This document shows positions 61,770-64,000 of a stretch of DNA of 64,000 nt, one piece after another. How positions within the stretch are numbered: the stretch's first letter is position 1; every line of letters begins with the position of its first letter. A model generated the notes under the pieces. It was not told the DNA's origin. It was given only the letters and a program-made list of their open reading frames with translations, and did no database searches. The position numbers and the translations under genes are program-made. Source of the stretch: Camelus ferus (lineage: Eukaryota); NCBI RefSeq assembly GCF_009834535.1, contig NC_045697.1:74092001-74156000 (forward strand), written 5' to 3'.

Positions 61770-61965
61770 ATGGAGCCCAAAGAAGTCCCCGGGAAAGAAA
61801 ACATGGGCACCAAGAAAAAGAATCTACCCTTTCTGAGGTCCAGGCTCTATATGCTGGAGAGAAGGAAGACTGACACTGTGGTTGAGAGCAGTGTTCCTGG
61901 GGACCACTCTGGTACCTTGAGGAGGAGCCAGTCTGACAGGACCGAATACAACCAGAAATTACAAG
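61770..61965 (+). CDS. ARHGEF38: First coding exon of Rho guanine nucleotide exchange factor 38; phase-1 donor
   Basis: Translation MEPKEVPGKENMGTKKKNLPFLRSRLYMLERRKTDTVVESSVPGDHSGTLRRSQSDRTEYNQKLQ matches the recalled ARHGEF38 N-terminus. Donor AAG|GTAAT at 61966. Coding length is 196 nt (65 codons + 1). The head-to-head arrangement with PPA2 fits known synteny. Confidence 0.94.
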
Positions 61966-64000
61966 GTAATCGACAAGAAACCAATTGCCCCAGGGTACTG
62001 CACACCCAGCTCATTTTCTCCTACTCTTCCATTTGCAAAGAAAACATTTAAGGCAGAGGAGAAAATCTAATATTACCTCCTCTATAAGGAGGAAAATAAG
62101 AAATAAGAAAATGAAAGTAAATGGAATTCAGATATTATAGGAGAAATCTATTACATACTCCCGTAGTTAAAGAGCCAGTTCTGAATTATTCCTAATATTG
62201 TCTAGTCGGTTTTTTTTTTTTTTTCTGATAGTTTCTCCCTTCCTTCTCCCTCCTCCACCGAATTTAAGAAGTGGGAAGCTCTAGAAAGCAAACGATTTAG
62301 AAATCTACAAAAGATAGTTTATGTCAGGAGATAGGTGTGAGATGTCACACCATGAGATCTATCTAGGTAATTGTACTGAACTGTGATTGTGGTTATCTTA
62401 AATGAAGCTACAATCATGTCTGTGAAAAATAAGGCATGTTATAGTCACCGGGATGACATAACAGGATTTGCTGAAAATCACATAGGTGTTCATTCCTTTA
62501 GAGTGAATTGAATAACATCCAAATATGGTAAGAGATGTTTAGCATGCTTAGATTGAATGACTTTTGAGGAAATAGCTTCAGTTTATTTTGTGATGGTCCT
62601 AAGATAATTTGGCACGGTTATTATAACGCATCTTGTTTCAGGCCCTGAATTTCTACCCCTTCCCATCTGCCCTTTCTTTTTCTTCTCCTTTTCTCTTGAA
62701 GGTCATTCGTTCTAGTAAACTTCATTTTGATGTGGATATTGTGCAAAGTTTTAAATATCCACTGCAGTACTCGTTATGTGATCCCTCAGAACCTGTCTCT
62801 CCCGCTTTGAGGCACACTATGTTTGAACTCTCCTAATCCCACTACGAGTTGTCATTCTGGACTGAAAAACTATGATGAACCTAGAAGGACCAATAGACAA
62901 GCTCGCACTTAGCAGGTCTCTTTCCTCAAAAAATGTGCTTGGACTTAGTTATGCAAATTAATTACATTAAATACGTTTAATTAAATGCATTTAAATGAAA
63001 TCTTTAAAGATTCCTACTAGGAGTTACTGCTTTTAAAATATTCTGATAGCTCAGGATTAAAATGTAGAGTCCAGTCTTGTCCTTAAAGAATTTCTTTAAA
63101 TGGAGAAACGGGTATTGTTTGAGCTTTGAAATTAATTTTTCTCAAGGCCATGGATACATTGGAAAGAATGCAAATTTTAAAGTCATACACATTTGGTTTC
63201 CCATCCTGGCTCTTCTGTTTACTACCTGTAAGACTTTGAGAAAATCACTTAAAATTTCTGAGCTTCAGTTTCTCTATCTGTGAAAGTACGATAATGATAA
63301 TTACCACATTGTGTAGTTGGGAGAATAAAATTAGGTAATTACATGAAACACCTAGTATATTAGCTGACATGTGGTGTGTGCTCTATAAATGGTCGTTATT
63401 TTTAATTTTAGGAATGATGGTTACCATAATGATAGAACAGGATTTGCCCTTTATTAGTCCAAATTTACTAATCAGCTAATCTATTTCAACTCTTTTCTGT
63501 CCTTTGATGAAGAGACCACACATAAGAAATTCAGGAAAAGGCCATTACTTTATCTGTAATAACATGTTTTTTCTGTCTGAGATTCACTAATTCAGTATCT
63601 TTTTGATCCAGATTTTCCATTAGCAAAATAAAAATGGAAGCTGCTTTTTGTTATTCACTTTCTAAACTTAACTAAAAAATAAGTCTGTGGTCACGAAATA
63701 CAGAAGAGTTTGTCGGTTACTTTGCGGAAGACCTCAGGCTTCTTACATACACCACTGGATTTGTGGTTTTCCTGTGTTCTGTTGGCTCCTGTCTTTGAAG
63801 ACAGAAGGAAAGACTCAGGAGTTAATCCAGTGGTCCTAGAACTGTCTCTGCTGGAGAAAAATTGTCAGGGAGTGTGGAGGAGCACAGCAGAGCTGCAGAG
63901 ATAGGCTGGCCTCCTGATAAGTAACATTCTTCAGATGTAACTCGATAAGATCCAAGTCTGATACCTAATGCCTTATAGACCTTTTAGTATGATTCTTCTG
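61966..64000 (+). other. ARHGEF38: ARHGEF38 intron 1 (partial)
   Basis: Follows the GT donor. AT-rich, contains a MIR, no further recognisable coding exon. Confidence 0.8.
63150..63400 (+). mobile_element. MIR
   Basis: ATCCTGGCTCT..TTTACTACCTGT..ACTTTGAGAAAATCACTTAA..TCTGAGCTTCAGTTTCTCTATCTGTGAAA..GATAATGATA. Confidence 0.8.

Noticed and set aside
61755..62051. ORF-track 98-aa protein starting at TTG 61755 and ending ...CKENI
   Set aside because: The real start is ATG 61770 and the frame leaves at the donor at 61966. The tail is intronic.
1..64000. CRISPR arrays, prokaryotic operons, rRNA/snRNA genes or a novel multi-gene system
   Set aside because: The sequence is plainly mammalian intron/intergenic DNA. 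I saw no regularly spaced repeat-spacer array, long ORF cluster or recognisable structural RNA gene.

Overview
Mammalian (eutherian) genomic DNA, AT-rich and dense in repeats. It is most likely camelid, because three tRNA-Ala-derived SINEs look like the camelid Vic-1 family and I saw no Alu, Bov-tA, PRE-1 or SINEC elements. The window holds the first coding exons of two divergently transcribed genes about 48 kb apart. PPA2 (mitochondrial inorganic pyrophosphatase) has its first coding exon at 13384-13564 on the minus strand inside a CpG island, and 1-13383 is its intron 1. ARHGEF38 has its first coding exon at 61770-61965 on the plus strand, and its intron 1 runs off the right end. The rest is intronic or intergenic and is largely transposon remnants (L1, L2, MIR, MaLR/ERVL/ERV1 LTRs, Tigger and hAT DNA elements). 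I found no convincing previously undescribed biological system. The most notable local structures are a second strong-Kozak in-frame ATG after the PPA2 presequence, a canonical G-quadruplex and a palindromic CTCF-like site in PPA2 intron 1, a twin-primed (5'-inverted) L1 nested in a hAT element, an L1-in-L1 composite inside one target-site duplication (TSD) pair, a near-intact tRNA-like SINE, and a ZEB/GRHL/FOXA motif cluster at the ARHGEF38 promoter. Repeat family names come from recalled consensus sequences, not a search. Most repeat boundaries are approximate unless TSDs are quoted.
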